Below, one piece after another: positions 39,015-51,564 of a stretch of DNA of 64,000 nt. Every line of letters starts with the position of its first letter. Position 1 is the first letter of the stretch. The stretch comes from Octopus sinensis. Lineage: Eukaryota. Position numbers and translations under genes: made by a program. Location: positions 26,722,001 through 26,786,000 of the forward strand of contig NC_043005.1 in NCBI RefSeq assembly GCF_006345805.1. The letters are read 5' to 3'. The notes beneath the pieces are model-generated. The model saw only the letters and a list, made by a program, of their open reading frames with translations. It was not told where the DNA came from and did not search any database.

Positions 39015-40113
39015 ATATATATACATATACATAATATAATATATTTGTAGGCATATATGTATAACATATTTATATTGTGGATGTGAAGAGACTTGTTTTT
39101 GTGCGTGTTTGTTTGAACTTTAAAAAAATGCGAGCAACAATTAAAATTGAATCGTGATGTAAAAATAAAAATGTCTGATTCATGATTTATTGTGATTTAT
39201 TCTTGAGAGACGACATACGTCGTCATCGAATTATCTTTGTAAAATCAACGTTACGCTGTCTTATTCACTCGTAATCAATATATATAGCACTATAAATAGA
39301 GACACAAACGACACACCCTTCCTTCTTTTATTCATTCTCAACCTTCATTATCTTTTTTGTTCGTTTGTAAAAAATCTTTTTTATTCGTTTCTTGCTTTCC
39401 TCCCTAACCCGAATGAATTCACGTCTTTAAATTTAGTGATAGGGTAGCAGGGTAAGTTTGTTGCTAGAATAACTGGTATTTTATTTTACTATATTTAGCA
39501 GCGCCGTAACAATCTATATTTAGCTGGCCCGACCACGTTTGCTATATTTAACAATAGGGTAAACTCTAAAACACAATTCAGGCCATATTAATACAGGCGT
39601 ACACTGCATATGTTTGTTGCTTATGTGTCGCTTCATTAAAGCCCTATATATATATATTTATTTATATACGTATATGCTTCTACGTATTGACGTCATTCAA
39701 GCACACAAACAAAACATTAAGGCTCGCCGAAAAAGTCCGGTTTAGCAACACAAAGATCTTAAGACCATTCACTTCTGATACAGGTGTGTTTGGAGTAAAC
39801 ACACACACACACACACATATCTTTTAATCAACAGAAGTTACAAAATGAATCGAGGCCCGAGGGTTTCGTGCATGGACACTTTTCAAACTCTTTATTATCT
39901 TTCTCTGTCTCTGTCTCTATGTCTCTGACTCTGTCTGTCTGTCTGTCTCACTTTATCTCTCCCCCTTCTCTCTCCCTCTCTCTCTCGCTTTGCACTCCAA
40001 CAAGTTTTAAACAAAATATTTACACGCTTTCATATATAGCTTATCTGCTTCAATTCCAGATAAGAATTGAATTATTTCATCATCTCTTGAGATATATCAA
40101 TTCTTAAGACGTC

Positions 40114-40119
<6 letters not shown>

Positions 40120-40145
<26 letters not shown>

Positions 40146-40173
40146 GTCAATCAATTAATCAATCAGTCAGTCA

Positions 40174-40256
<83 letters not shown>

Positions 40257-40461
40257 CATCCACCCATCAACCCACCCATCAACCCACCCATCCACCCACC
40301 TATGTATGTATGCATGCATGTATGTATGTATGTATGTGTGTATGTATGTATGTATGTATGTATGATGTGTATGTATGTATGTATGTATGCATGCATGCAT
40401 GTATGTATGCATGTATGTATGTATGTATGTATGTATGTATGTATGTATGTATGTATGTATG

Positions 40462-40510
<49 letters not shown>
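40120..40510. repeat. Compound tetranucleotide microsatellite (TCAA/TATC/CCAT/TATG)
   Basis: Direct. Confidence 0.95.
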
Positions 40511-40511
<1 letters not shown>

Positions 40512-40975
40512 GCTCTATAATGTACGAGCGCACGCGCGCGCACACACACATTTTTTAAAAAATATATAAATAACATTAATACTCATAAGAGATATTAATA
40601 TTAGTGGCCGCAAGTTCTTCATATATTTTTTTAAAATTTCATTCATTTAATTCGTTTCCTCAATGCGGTTTAGGCACTGAGACGAACGCAGGCAATGGTT
40701 GAAGTGATGTATGGTTTTGTTACGAATAGACATGGCTGAAGAGAATTAAGTGTCTTTGGTGCAAAATTCGAAACCATGATAACATGTTAACTGGCGTTCC
40801 TTCTTGCACTTTTGCAGAGGTAAGACGTAATCCTTATTAAACTTAGATTTCTTCAACCATACCTGTGAAAATCTAATGTGAATTTTTGTTATTAAGGAAT
40901 ATTTTTGACCCCTATTTTTAGTTAAGCTTGTGCTTCATAGCACCCTTGTTATATATATATATATATATATATATA

Positions 40976-41272
40976 TGCCTTGTGAGTGGATTTGGTAGAC
41001 GGAAACTGAAAGAAGCCTGTCGTATATGTGTATATATATGTATATATGTGTATGTGTTTGTGTGTGTGTGTTTGTACCCCTAGCATTGCTTGACAACCAA
41101 TGCTGGTGGTGTTTACGTCCCCGTCACTTAGCGGTTCGGCAAAAGAGACCGATAGAATAGTACTGGGCTTACAAGAATGAGTCCCGGGGTCGATTTGCTC
41201 GACTAAAGGCGGTGCTCCAGCATGGCCGCAGTCAAATGACTGAAACAAGTAAAAGAGTAAAGAGTAAAGAGT
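40976..41272 (+). mobile_element. 5'-truncated OR2-like SINE
   Basis: GCCTTGTGAGTGGATTTGGTAGACGG..GGCGGTGCTCCAGCATGGCCGC..AAAGAGT tail. Confidence 0.85.
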
Positions 41273-41274
41273 AA

Positions 41275-41335
<61 letters not shown>

Positions 41336-41479
41336 CATGCATATATGGGTACAGGACGTCACCACGGTGCAAATAACATGAAATATGTAAACAACGAGAA
41401 TAAATGGAAAACAGGACAAGTAAAAACAGAGAAAGGACTCTTCATTAGTTATATATATATACACGCACACTCACACACA

Positions 41480-41860
41480 CACACACACATAGTGAGAATT
41501 TACAAGAAAAACGAAAGACGAAGACGGGTGTGTAAACAACAAACAGATATATTAGTTTAACGCTCGGGAAGTGAGAAAAGTCTTTTGCGTTCCGAGCCAA
41601 CGCTCATCGACAGAAAGGAATACAGAAATAAGTAGGGAGAGAAAATAGAAAATAGAAAATAAATATACTTATCATATATATACATATATCATATATACAC
41701 ATATACATATATAAAACGACGAAGACAGGTGAATGAGCAACAAACAGGTGTATTAGTTTAACGCTCGGGAAGGTGAGAAAAGTCTTTTATGTTTCGAGCC
41801 TAGGGTCTTCAACAGAAAGAACACGATGAAATATACAGAGAGAGAATACAAAAAACTTGT
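41480..41860 (-). mobile_element. Two tandem PLE terminal fragments, family A, with decayed HHR motifs (41581-41617, 41782-41820)
   Basis: Minus strand CTGTCGATGAGCGTTGGCTCGGAACGC and CTGTTGAAGACCCTAGGCTCGAAACAT. Confidence 0.65.
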
Positions 41861-41862
41861 GG

Positions 41863-41894
<32 letters not shown>

Positions 41895-41938
41895 AATATA
41901 TATTATATATATATATTATATATATATATGTATGTATG

Positions 41939-42010
<72 letters not shown>

Positions 42011-42025
42011 TATATATGTATGTAT

Positions 42026-42079
<54 letters not shown>

Positions 42080-42129
42080 ATATATAGATATATATATATG
42101 TATGTATATATATGTATATGTATATATAA

Positions 42130-42177
<48 letters not shown>

Positions 42178-42389
42178 ATATTTGAGGATAGATTTATGTT
42201 TATAAAAAATACAGATATACGATAACAGATAATAACTTTATTTATCAAGAGATGCTATGCTATGAGGATAAAAATAAACCTTCTTTTCTATAATCTTATT
42301 CAATAAAGCCACCTTCAGCTTCAAAAATTGCTTCTATATGGAGGTCTCACACACACAATCACACACTCGCGCGCGCATATTCATATAAC

Positions 42390-42545
42390 GGTTCTTTTTT
42401 CTAATTCCATCTACCAAATCCATCACAAGGCTTTCGTCGGTCAGCATGTTATAGAAGAAGACAATTTGCGCAAGATATCGCTGAGTGGAACCGAACTCAA
42501 GACCTTTGGCGAGGAAGCAAGCTTCTTAACCACACATCTACGACT
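42390..42545 (-). mobile_element. Decayed OR2-like SINE head
   Basis: CCATCTACCAAATCCATCACAAGGCTTT..AAGCAAGCTTCTTAACCACAC. Confidence 0.65.
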
Positions 42546-43216
42546 GCACCCACATACGTGTATGTCTTTTATGTGACCGCGTGGCTTTTTTTTCTTGCAT
42601 AGAATGATAGTTGATATATGTTTTGATTTACTGTTACTATATATAAGTGTGTGTGTGGTGTGTGTGTATTTCGTATAAAAGACGACTACCCTTGCCATTA
42701 CGAAATTATAACCTTTTACTAGTATGAGATGAACGTTGAAATCTAGGTAAAATCTGAATGGTAAAATAATTTAGAACATGCTGAAATATATGTGCAGTGC
42801 AACAAAGAAGTTTAGTTCCCAGTGGGTTGTTTTGTGCAAAAACCAACAGCAAAAAAGAAAGCGACATGTTACTACATGATAAAGAACACCACGTTTGAAT
42901 GAATTGTGTACAGCTGTACAAAAGTTGTTTTCAGTAAACATTGTGACAACATATAGCAATGAAACGCGTGATTGTTCAATATAAAAATGAACAGATTTTA
43001 TGAACTGTTACGTAAGTGAGCAAGAAGTTCATAAAAGCTCAGGTGTGGCTGAGAGGTTTAGAAATTCGTTTTGCAAACACTTGGTTTCGTTTTGTGTCCC
43101 ACTGTACTGTACCTTGAACAAGCGCTTCTACTATACAGTTCTATATTTAAGAGATGAAGAATTATGTACATTATTTACATTTGATGGATATTTGTCCTCA
43201 TCTTCTTTGTTGTTAT

Positions 43217-43261
43217 AACACAACGTTTCGGCTGATATGCCCTCCAGCCTTCATCAGGTAT
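43217..43261 (-). ncRNA. Minimal type I hammerhead with canonical core
   Basis: ATAC CTGATGA A GGCTG-GAGGGCATAT-CAGCC GAAA CGT T GTGT. 5-bp stem II and palindromic ACGT. Confidence 0.7.
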
Positions 43262-43262
43262 A

Positions 43263-43326
43263 TGGCGTAGTGGTTAAGAGTGCTGGCTACTAACCCCATG
43301 ATTCCGAGTTCGATTCCAGGCAGTGG

Positions 43327-43332
<6 letters not shown>
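43263..43332 (+). mobile_element. ~70-bp tRNA-derived SINE or tRNA pseudogene with (AAT)n tail
   Basis: A box TGGCGTAGTGG and B box GTTCGATTCC; ends CCTGAATAATAAT. Confidence 0.75.
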
Positions 43333-43403
<71 letters not shown>

Positions 43404-43406
<3 letters not shown>

Positions 43407-44982
43407 CACCGGGGACGTTTAGCATGTGAGAGCGATAAAATACTACTCCGAAATTTATACAAAAACACCGGAAATATAGACATCATTTGGAGTCAAAAAT
43501 AGCAAAGGGTTGGACTATATCCGAGTAAGTAATACTCATAGAAATTTATTTCTGTTTTCCAAATAAAATGACGTATTTTAACTGGATATCATCTCCACTA
43601 CTCGTACAGCACACGTAAACACGCTCGACACATTACGATCCATCAACACCAGACCACCTCCGTCCCAAAACACCATGTACAAAAATATTACAAATAGATT
43701 AAATAATACCGGTATTATTCAACCCAAGAATAACAATCGGGAAGTACGTACTTTAAACTTGTTACACAAAATGTACGAAAACTACACGTGCAAAACAATT
43801 TAACAGAAATGAACGGACCGGTACCCTACGAAAATGATGACCGTCAAAATAAAGGGCTGGTCGTTGTTTCCCATGTCCCGCAAATAAAACCTGAAGGGCA
43901 TAAATGGACACGTGAGGAATATATTTCAATCATACATGCTTATTTTACAGCAGTACTCTACTCAAAGAACGAAAGCACAACAACATAGACATATAAAATA
44001 TGGAAGAAAAATCACCTAAATAAAGACTTGGATACAGCAACGAACCGTAATAAACTAGCTAACATACGAAGATATATTCTCAAAAAAAAATATATATATC
44101 AGAAATAGAGATAGAACAGTTAAAAGGAAAAACTACATCAAGAAAATGTAGATAGTAGCTACACAGCAACGCTAAATAATATAAACACTGAGATAGTAAA
44201 AGACAGACGTAACATTTCCAACTAAAGCGAAGTAAACAACAAAAGACAACAAACCCAGACCGTATAATAATGTTCAAAAAGCACCAATCCAGAACACTAC
44301 AGACAAACATATGAATGAGAAGGAAGGCGATACAAATCTAAAACCTGAAAACAGTAAAGGGGGACCTAATGATTATAATACTATAAAAATGAGCATAATC
44401 AAAGAACTGAAAACCACAGATCCCAGAATCGACCACCGATTATACCTCCCAAAAATCAAAATAGAGAATAAAACAACATCAGTAATAAATAGCATAAACC
44501 TGGCCGTCACGGAACTAATAGCCACTGAAACAAATTTGAACATCACCGAGCTAAATGACATAATATATGCAGCAGCCACTGCAGCCCCAAAGGTAGCTGG
44601 ATACTCCCTCAAACCCACCCAAACAGGAGTACCAGTACACAAGCAAATCCTGTGGGTAAATAATATCCCCCCCCCCCAAAAAAAAAAGAAGAATGAAGAA
44701 AAAATCTGTCAATTCTTAACGAAATTAGTAGACAATCAACACTACTAACAAGAAGAAAACAAAAATACTGTGCAAATAAACATTACAGAAAAAGATTTGC
44801 CTGAAGTAAAAGAAAAGTTAAAGCAAGATATCCTTGCCAAAGCACAAAGGATCCGCCGGTATGAGAAACGCCAACGTTTCTTTGAACAAAACAAACAGTT
44901 CAACTCCAACCCCAAAAAGTTCTACCAATAATTTGGCAAAAATAAAATAGACATCAATGCAGCACCAACAGCAGAAGACTTG
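43404..44982 (+). mobile_element. 5' half of a Dong/R4-like RLE LINE (N-terminal region; RT missing)
   Basis: HKWTREEYISIIHAYF, ITELNDIIYAAAT, KLKQDILAKAQRIRRYEKRQRFFEQNKQFNSNPKKFYQ, PTAED. Follows (AAT)n. Confidence 0.75.
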
Positions 44983-45845
44983 TAGACTGCATGTCCATGC
45001 TTTCCTTTGGCCCGTACATGGTCAGCTCTACCATGTTGTGATCCGAGAGTAGTGTCGGTGTCACTTTCACATTACGGATGAGATCCATATTATTTGTGAA
45101 GCAGAGATCCAGTATGTTACCTGCCCTGGTTGGTTGGGGTATTATTTGATCCATGTACAGAGTGTTGATGAGGTTCAGGAGGGACCTCGCCTGTCCTCGT
45201 TCGCATCGTGTCATTCCTGGGATAGAAAGGCCCTCGGGCCATCTGACATTGGGCAGATTGAAGTCTCCCATAAGAAGTACACTTAAGTGTTGTTCTAATG
45301 TGACTAGAACTTCTATTTTTATAAGGCAGTCTTCAAACTTGCCTACATGGCTTGGGGCATCTGGAGGACGATATGTAGCACATATAACTACACAAAGTTG
45401 CCTTATATGTACAATTAGTGTGTCACACACCGAATTTGAGTATGACAAAAGGACCTGGGGTGTGAGGTCCTCGCGGATGTACATAGCAACTCCTCCATGA
45501 CTCCTTTCTTTTCTGTCGGTCCGTAGTACAACATACTGTGGTATGTGTATTTCCGCATCTACTATGTCCGGTTTCAGGTGTGTTTCCGTAAGTGCTATGC
45601 ATAAGGCTTGATTGCATGCAACAAGGTCTCTCAGGAACGGGATTTTTGTCCTGTTACTGAGTGTTAGCAGTCCTCTGATGTTCAGTAGGAGCATCGAGGT
45701 GATGTGTGTGCTGTTGCCGGTGGTGTCCACTTTGGGTCTATTTGCTGTGGCGGTCTTGTGTATTGTGGATAGTCCCATCTGCGAGTTTGAGTTTGATGGA
45801 GGCATCAAGCGTGCCGATATGGGATCTTATGAGTGCATAGGAGCG
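44983..45845 (-). mobile_element. Apurinic-like endonuclease fragment of a CR1-group LINE
   Basis: ORF 44954..45808: LLNIRGL, IALTETHL, RTDRKERSHGGVAMY, YRPP, MGDFNLP, PTRAGNILDL, SDHNMV. Confidence 0.88.
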
Positions 45846-46115
45846 TAATAATTCAAACCCCAAAGAATTCCACTCAGCACACGGCGATTATGCTCCCCCA
45901 CTACTTCTGCTCGTAATCAGAGATGTACATATCGTCGGCCACTAAGGGACATGTTCAACTGATTAAAGTCAAACAACGGGTAAGCAAATCTGTGGTATTG
46001 AGCAGAATATTTGTTGAGGTCCTTTTATACCAAGACAAAATAATGTATATGATAACACTTCTAATCATTTAAGATCAGAAGCCATGAGAGCCACTGTCTG
46101 GTACTGCATCAGGGC
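45846..46115. repeat. Unclassified repeat (same family as 27644-27757) ending in (TTA)n
   Basis: ..GCCATGAGAGCCACTGTCTGGTACTGCATCAGGGCATTTATTATC. Confidence 0.75.
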
Positions 46116-46708
46116 ATTTATTATCATTATTGTTCTTGTTATTATTATTATTATTATTAATGATTAGTGATTATATAGTCAAATGTCGAAGAAATTCCTG
46201 ATAAGATGAAACTCAAAATGGTAGATTCGGTGCCTCGTAGACGTGATTACGTTTTGAGAAGTGTATTATGGTTTGGTTATTTTCTTCGATACGGTTTGCT
46301 GAATAAAAATTTATTTGCTTTTAACGTTCTTGGCTTAAAGTGTCTTTAATTTTTTTTTTTTTTTGACATTACTGAAACGATCAATTATTGTACTGAGTTA
46401 ATTAACAATTTTGCGTTTAAAACTTAGATAATTGAAAGGAGGAAAAATAAGTAAAATTGAATCGTGGGAGAATCAATGAAAATAATTAACATCCAATCAC
46501 ACAGACATACTCATGTCTTTCAACCGGGCTATGATACCTACCTACCTACCTGCCTGCCTACCTATCTATGCCTGTCTGTCCCTCCCTCCCTCTCTCGCCC
46601 TCTCTCTTTCTTTCTGTCTGTCTGTCTGTTTCTCTCTCAGTCTCTACACACACACATATCAAATATATATATGTATATATATATATATTATATATATATA
46701 TATATATT

Positions 46709-46751
<43 letters not shown>

Positions 46752-46767
46752 TATATATATAATATAT

Positions 46768-46811
<44 letters not shown>

Positions 46812-46825
46812 TAGTAGTAGTAGTA

Positions 46826-46869
<44 letters not shown>

Positions 46870-47537
46870 ATATTAGGCCTTTGAAAAGCTAAAAACGCAC
46901 CAGCTCCCCAACGTCGTCTCGTAAGACAGAATCTGTGGTTTGAACTTTGAGAGCGAGTTCATTAATCTTATGTTTTCAGAAGCGCAAATAAAATTTTCAA
47001 TTTTACTTATTTTACGATTCAATTTTACTTATTTTTTCCCTCCTCATTACGGTTATCCGAAGCTGGTTATGCAAATTTAGTATACGTCAAAAGAAGGCCA
47101 CTGAAAAGTCTCCATTGCATATACAAAAGACATACAACGATCAAACTAAACACATTTCACAATGTTCATAACGTTATTTATCGTAGGACTAATGTGAACT
47201 GGTGATGCAACCTACCTCATACTTATTCGATTAAGGCGTGAAATGAAAATTTCTTTTCATTCAAATGGAATAGTGCAGTTTCAGTTGACAGCATTTCACA
47301 TTCAAACTGCTTAATGTTAATTGGACATGCTTCGCTAAGACCGAATACACCGGTATTGGATCGCAAATATAAAGCTTGTAACATTATGGCTCAGTGGAAT
47401 CTTCACAAAAGACATACATTCTATAAATTAATAACGATTTAGTCAAATACATGTTGAATTTGATGAAGCTACTAACATGGCCACGGTAAGGAACTAATAG
47501 AGAAAGCTGATAGGTTGTTGTTGGAGAAGGCTTAATT

Positions 47538-50500
47538 CAGTGTTTCACAAACTTTTCGCGCCAAATTGCACTATCGCCCGCCTGTCGTCCGAAAAATGCT
47601 CCCTCGCTCACCTGTGTAAAAAAAAAACCTGACACAACCCCACCAACACAAAATATCCTAGCCCCAACTCCGTATGAATTGACACACATATTATATCGTA
47701 GACTCGTTGCCCTGTTAATGCCGTTTGGACTAAATATGCGGTTGTTTACAAATCCCTTATTGTGGGTTTAGTTTTGCCATTAGTGTCAATAAAATTCTAA
47801 CGTTAGCTCTATATTTTTCAAACAGATTAACTTCTGGAAACTTGCGCTTTCTTTTACACAGATTTTCATTTTTCCCAAATGAACCATTGCTCAGAACGAC
47901 CGGTACAAAAATAATTAATGATTGTATTATAAAGAAAAAGAATACAACTTTTTAATAAGAACCATGTATCTGGTTGTTTGTTTGTTCCTTCTCGAGCCAT
48001 GACTGGGCCGGTTTCCCGGTTTCTTGGCGTATAGGTTCCCCACCTGGACGGGACGCCGGTCCGTCGCAGGTGAGCTGCAAGATACAGGAGGAAAGAGTGA
48101 GACAAAGTTGTGGCGAAAGGATCAGCAGAAGTTTCGCCACTACCTTCTGCCGGAGCTGCGTGGAGCTTAGGTGTTTCGCTCATAAACATACACATCGCCC
48201 AGTCTGAGATTCGAACCCGCGATCCCTCGACTGTGAGTCCGCTGCTCTAACCACTAGGCCATGTGCCTCCACAATGTTTCTGGTGCGATGCAGCTAGTGT
48301 AGATACATTCGGTTTCAAGCCTGTCCACTTTAGCCGCAAGTCTCCGCGTTGTATCACATCCAGTCCGATTCTTTTGTGGGAAAATAAAGTTCCAGCATGG
48401 TTAAAACCAGATTCAACCAGGTATAAGGTAGGGAAGGCAAGCAAAAGTAATTTCAGATGTTTCCACTGATTGGGGTAGGAATTTAATATACTTTGATGGT
48501 ACCACAAACCTTCTTTGTCATTACAGCTATATTGCATTGTGGTGTCATTGTCATTTTGTAATTCTATGAATTCTTACTGAACGTCATCCTCGCAATTGAC
48601 TGCAACGACCTCAAATGGATTGCTATACCAATTTGGAATATTCAGTGCAATAACATCTTGAAATCGCTCCACTATATTATGTGCAATGATTGTAAGTATT
48701 TGCGATATGTAGCTAAATTCTCATCAACCAATTCATCTTTCAAAAAATCAAGTTGCAGAAATTGATGAAATTGACCTTTTGAAATGTTAGTCTTATACAA
48801 CACCAATTTCGGAATGAAGGTAGTGATAAATGATTTACAATCAACGAAAGTTTTTCTGTTTCCTTGCAATAACTTATTCAAATCATTTAATTTTGTGAAT
48901 ATATCACAAAGAAAAAAAAGGTATCATACATTACATACCCCAATGAAGCGGATAGTGAAGTATCTTCAAAGAAAGATACAATTATATGAAACAGTTCAAC
49001 AAAGTGTAAAACACAGTTTCCTTTTGACAGCCACCGCACTTCGGTAGGGTATAAGAGTTTAGTATGGACCTCATCATTTCTCAGACAGAGTTCACGGAAA
49101 AATCGATGAGACAAGGGATTGAACTTCAATTTGTTCACAGTCTTGATAACTAACTGTAGCGCACCATTCAACCTACTGTTCATATTTTTGCCACTAAATG
49201 CTGCCAGTGTGCCAAGCAATGAACAGTTAATATCTGGTGGGAAATTTCACGCTTTAGGAGAGATGAAGAACCTCTGTACCTTCTCATCATCGAAGAGGCT
49301 CCATCAGATGCACAAGCAAGAATATTACTAAGTGGGATATTATGTTCAAAAAGGAAAACTTTGAGTGTGAAAAATAGTTGCACTTACTTGAATCAAGCAG
49401 CAATTTCTCTGTGAACAGCATTTCGTCACAAGATTGAAGGTCTTCGCTGAAATACCGTACATATACCATCATCAAACATTGATTGTCCACAACAGTTGAA
49501 TCATCCACTTGTATAGAGAATTCAGAACGATGGAGAATATTAATGAGCTGATGTTTGACATCGTTGGCCATTTCATCGATGCTTCGAGAAATTGTGTTAT
49601 TACTAAGAGGGATTTTCATAATGTTATCGGGTTTTTCGTACATAACGGTTGACGATACCTCTTCGATAACCTGGCAAAGTAATGTTTCTCCAATTGTAAG
49701 AGACTACCCAGACTTAGCAACAAGCAATGCAATGTTGTGCGATGCAATCAACCCGTCATTCTCCTGCTTAGTAGTTTCCTGGAGAAGCGTGTTGAATGTT
49801 TGTATTTGCTTTTTGAAAGAAGAGCTCAGTTGCAAAAATTATGATAATGGTTTGTCCTTCTTTTCAGAATGCTTTGCATCAAAGTGATACTTCAAGCGTG
49901 AAGGTTTCATTGCTTCGCTGGTCAATGTTTGATGGCAAAGAAGGCACATTGGTAACTGAGAATTCTGGGGAGAGGGAATAAATCCAAACGATAAATAATC
50001 ACTGCTGTACTGTTGACAAATTTTCTTGACTGGAGGCATCAGTAAAGTGAAAATGTGAAAATGAATTTCTACAGATGGCGTCAGAAAGGCAGTATGGTGT
50101 TCCCAAAGAGAAGAAGTCAACAGAGCAGAGTCAGATGACACGTCTTTACTGGAGCAAATACAGATCTAGTTCGTTTGGCTGCCAGCATTTCAAAAATTAA
50201 AGTTTATCGAAAATTTTAAAATTTGGCATATTAATGTAACTTTCCAAGCTATATTGCTGGAGTTATTGAACTTTTTCTAGAAAAATGTTTTTAAAAAGCT
50301 ATAGAGGTTTGATCATTTGTACTCAGTCAAGAAACACGATTTCAAAGTTGTCATTTTGTGCGTGACATCCTGAAAATAGCATTTGTGTTTTGATATGAAA
50401 CCACAGAATTACGCACGACATATAACCCCTTATACCTTTTTGTTTTTTCGGAGTTTTCAGGACATTTTGGGGAATTTGAATTCTACACACGGGACTTCAT

Positions 50501-50860
50501 ACGATTATGCCAAAAGAAAATGTAGTGGAGTGTGGTTTAATAGGCCTAGGCTTACTTGGCTGCTTGCCATCTCAATGACTGCGACAAAAATATTTGATCG
50601 ATAAACAAGTCCGCGTTTTTAATACAAAGGGACGTCTCATGCGAGTAGCCAAATCGATAAAAGTGCATTCTTATTCTAGGCATGCCTAGATATCAGTGAA
50701 TGCAGACTTAATTTCTACACATTCATTGTCACCCATAAAATGCTCATATCGCCCGCCAAAATCTCAAATCGGCCACCATTTTCTAGAAATTCGCCCATGT
50801 CCCACCTGTAAGTTGAAGTCGGTCACCGGTGAGCGATATCGCCCACTTTGGGAAGCTATG
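47538..50860 (-). mobile_element. End-to-end hAT transposon (Buster/Charlie; ZBED5/SCAND3-like transposase pseudogene, ~50039 to 47952)
   Basis: Termini CAGTGTTTCACAAA and (rc) CATAGCTTCCCAAA. Flanks GCTTAATT/GTTCAATT (6/8 match). YSSDYLSFGF..CLLC..MKPSRL..H, IQVDDST, ASDGA, HCLAH, EVRWLSKG, YLVESGF. Confidence 0.9.
47973..48273 (-). mobile_element. OR1-like tRNA SINE inserted in the last codons of the hAT transposase
   Basis: Head TGTGGAGGCACATGGCCTAGTGGTTAG with B box GGTTCGAATC. 9-bp TSD ATGTATCTG (47964) / ATGTTTCTG (48274). Confidence 0.88.
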
Positions 50861-51106
50861 GTTCAATTCCTCGTATTTTGTGGTGTAACGTGGCTTTGGG
50901 CTGTCTTGCGTGGTAGCTAAGGTGATCGACATTCTTCTTTAAATATTGTGCCCTTCTGCCTGCACCAAACGTATGTACATAAAATGACCACCCTGTTCGG
51001 TCCACACATCATACGCACCACCACACTACGTTGTAGGGTTAGCCTTTACGTAAAACGGACAAGATGTTAAAGAAGAACGAGAGAGGTGAGAAGAGCGAAG
51101 ATATGG

Positions 51107-51202
51107 AAGAAGAAGAAGAAGAAGAAGAAGAAGAAGAAGAAGAAGAAGAAGAAGAAGAAGAAGAAGAAGAAGAAGAAGAAGAAGAAGAAGAAGAAGAAGA
51201 AG

Positions 51203-51242
<40 letters not shown>

Positions 51243-51260
51243 GCAGCAGCAGCAGCAGCA
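51107..51260. repeat. (GAA)n(CAA)n(CAG)n compound microsatellite
   Basis: Direct. Confidence 0.95.
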
Positions 51261-51564
51261 GTACCAAAAAGGAGACATAAATTACTTTTCTCGACCTCTG
51301 TCTCATAAAAAAATGCGAACTGTAGCAGGATTTCTAACCAAAACCATGAAGGACGAAATGAAATATAAGTCAAAATGTTTGGCATCCTGGCATTTCCCCA
51401 GGCGTTATGTTTGGCAATGTTTCAAACTACACTTTTCGATCCGCTAATGTTTATGCTGTCACTCAATTACAGTATTTTCTCCAGGAAGACAAATTATATT
51501 ATCAGCTGGCAAAGATTTCCCATTTGTTTCTCTTCTGTTGCTTATATATTCATTTGGAGTTTAC

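Noticed and set aside
39489-39551. Repeat-spacer pattern as a CRISPR-like array
   Set aside because: 10-bp repeats, three units, eukaryotic context and no cas genes; kept only as a possible transcription-factor site cluster.
43263-43332. Functional tRNA gene
   Set aside because: A and B boxes are present, but acceptor and anticodon stems do not pair well and it runs into an (AAT)n tail, so it is a SINE or pseudogene.
44954-45808. 284-aa endonuclease ORF as a host APE/phosphatase gene
   Set aside because: Intronless, truncated, and carries LINE-type motifs (PTRAGNILDL, SDH) fused to other repeats, so it is a retroelement fragment.
47952-50141. Domesticated ZBED5/SCAND3-like host gene
   Set aside because: Many frameshifts and stops, a SINE insertion, and retained TIRs/TSD indicate a dead transposon.
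51064-51447. Poly-E/poly-Q ORF of 127 aa
   Set aside because: Driven by (GAA)n(CAA)n(CAG)n; all overlapping frames are similarly open and the flanks have no domain.
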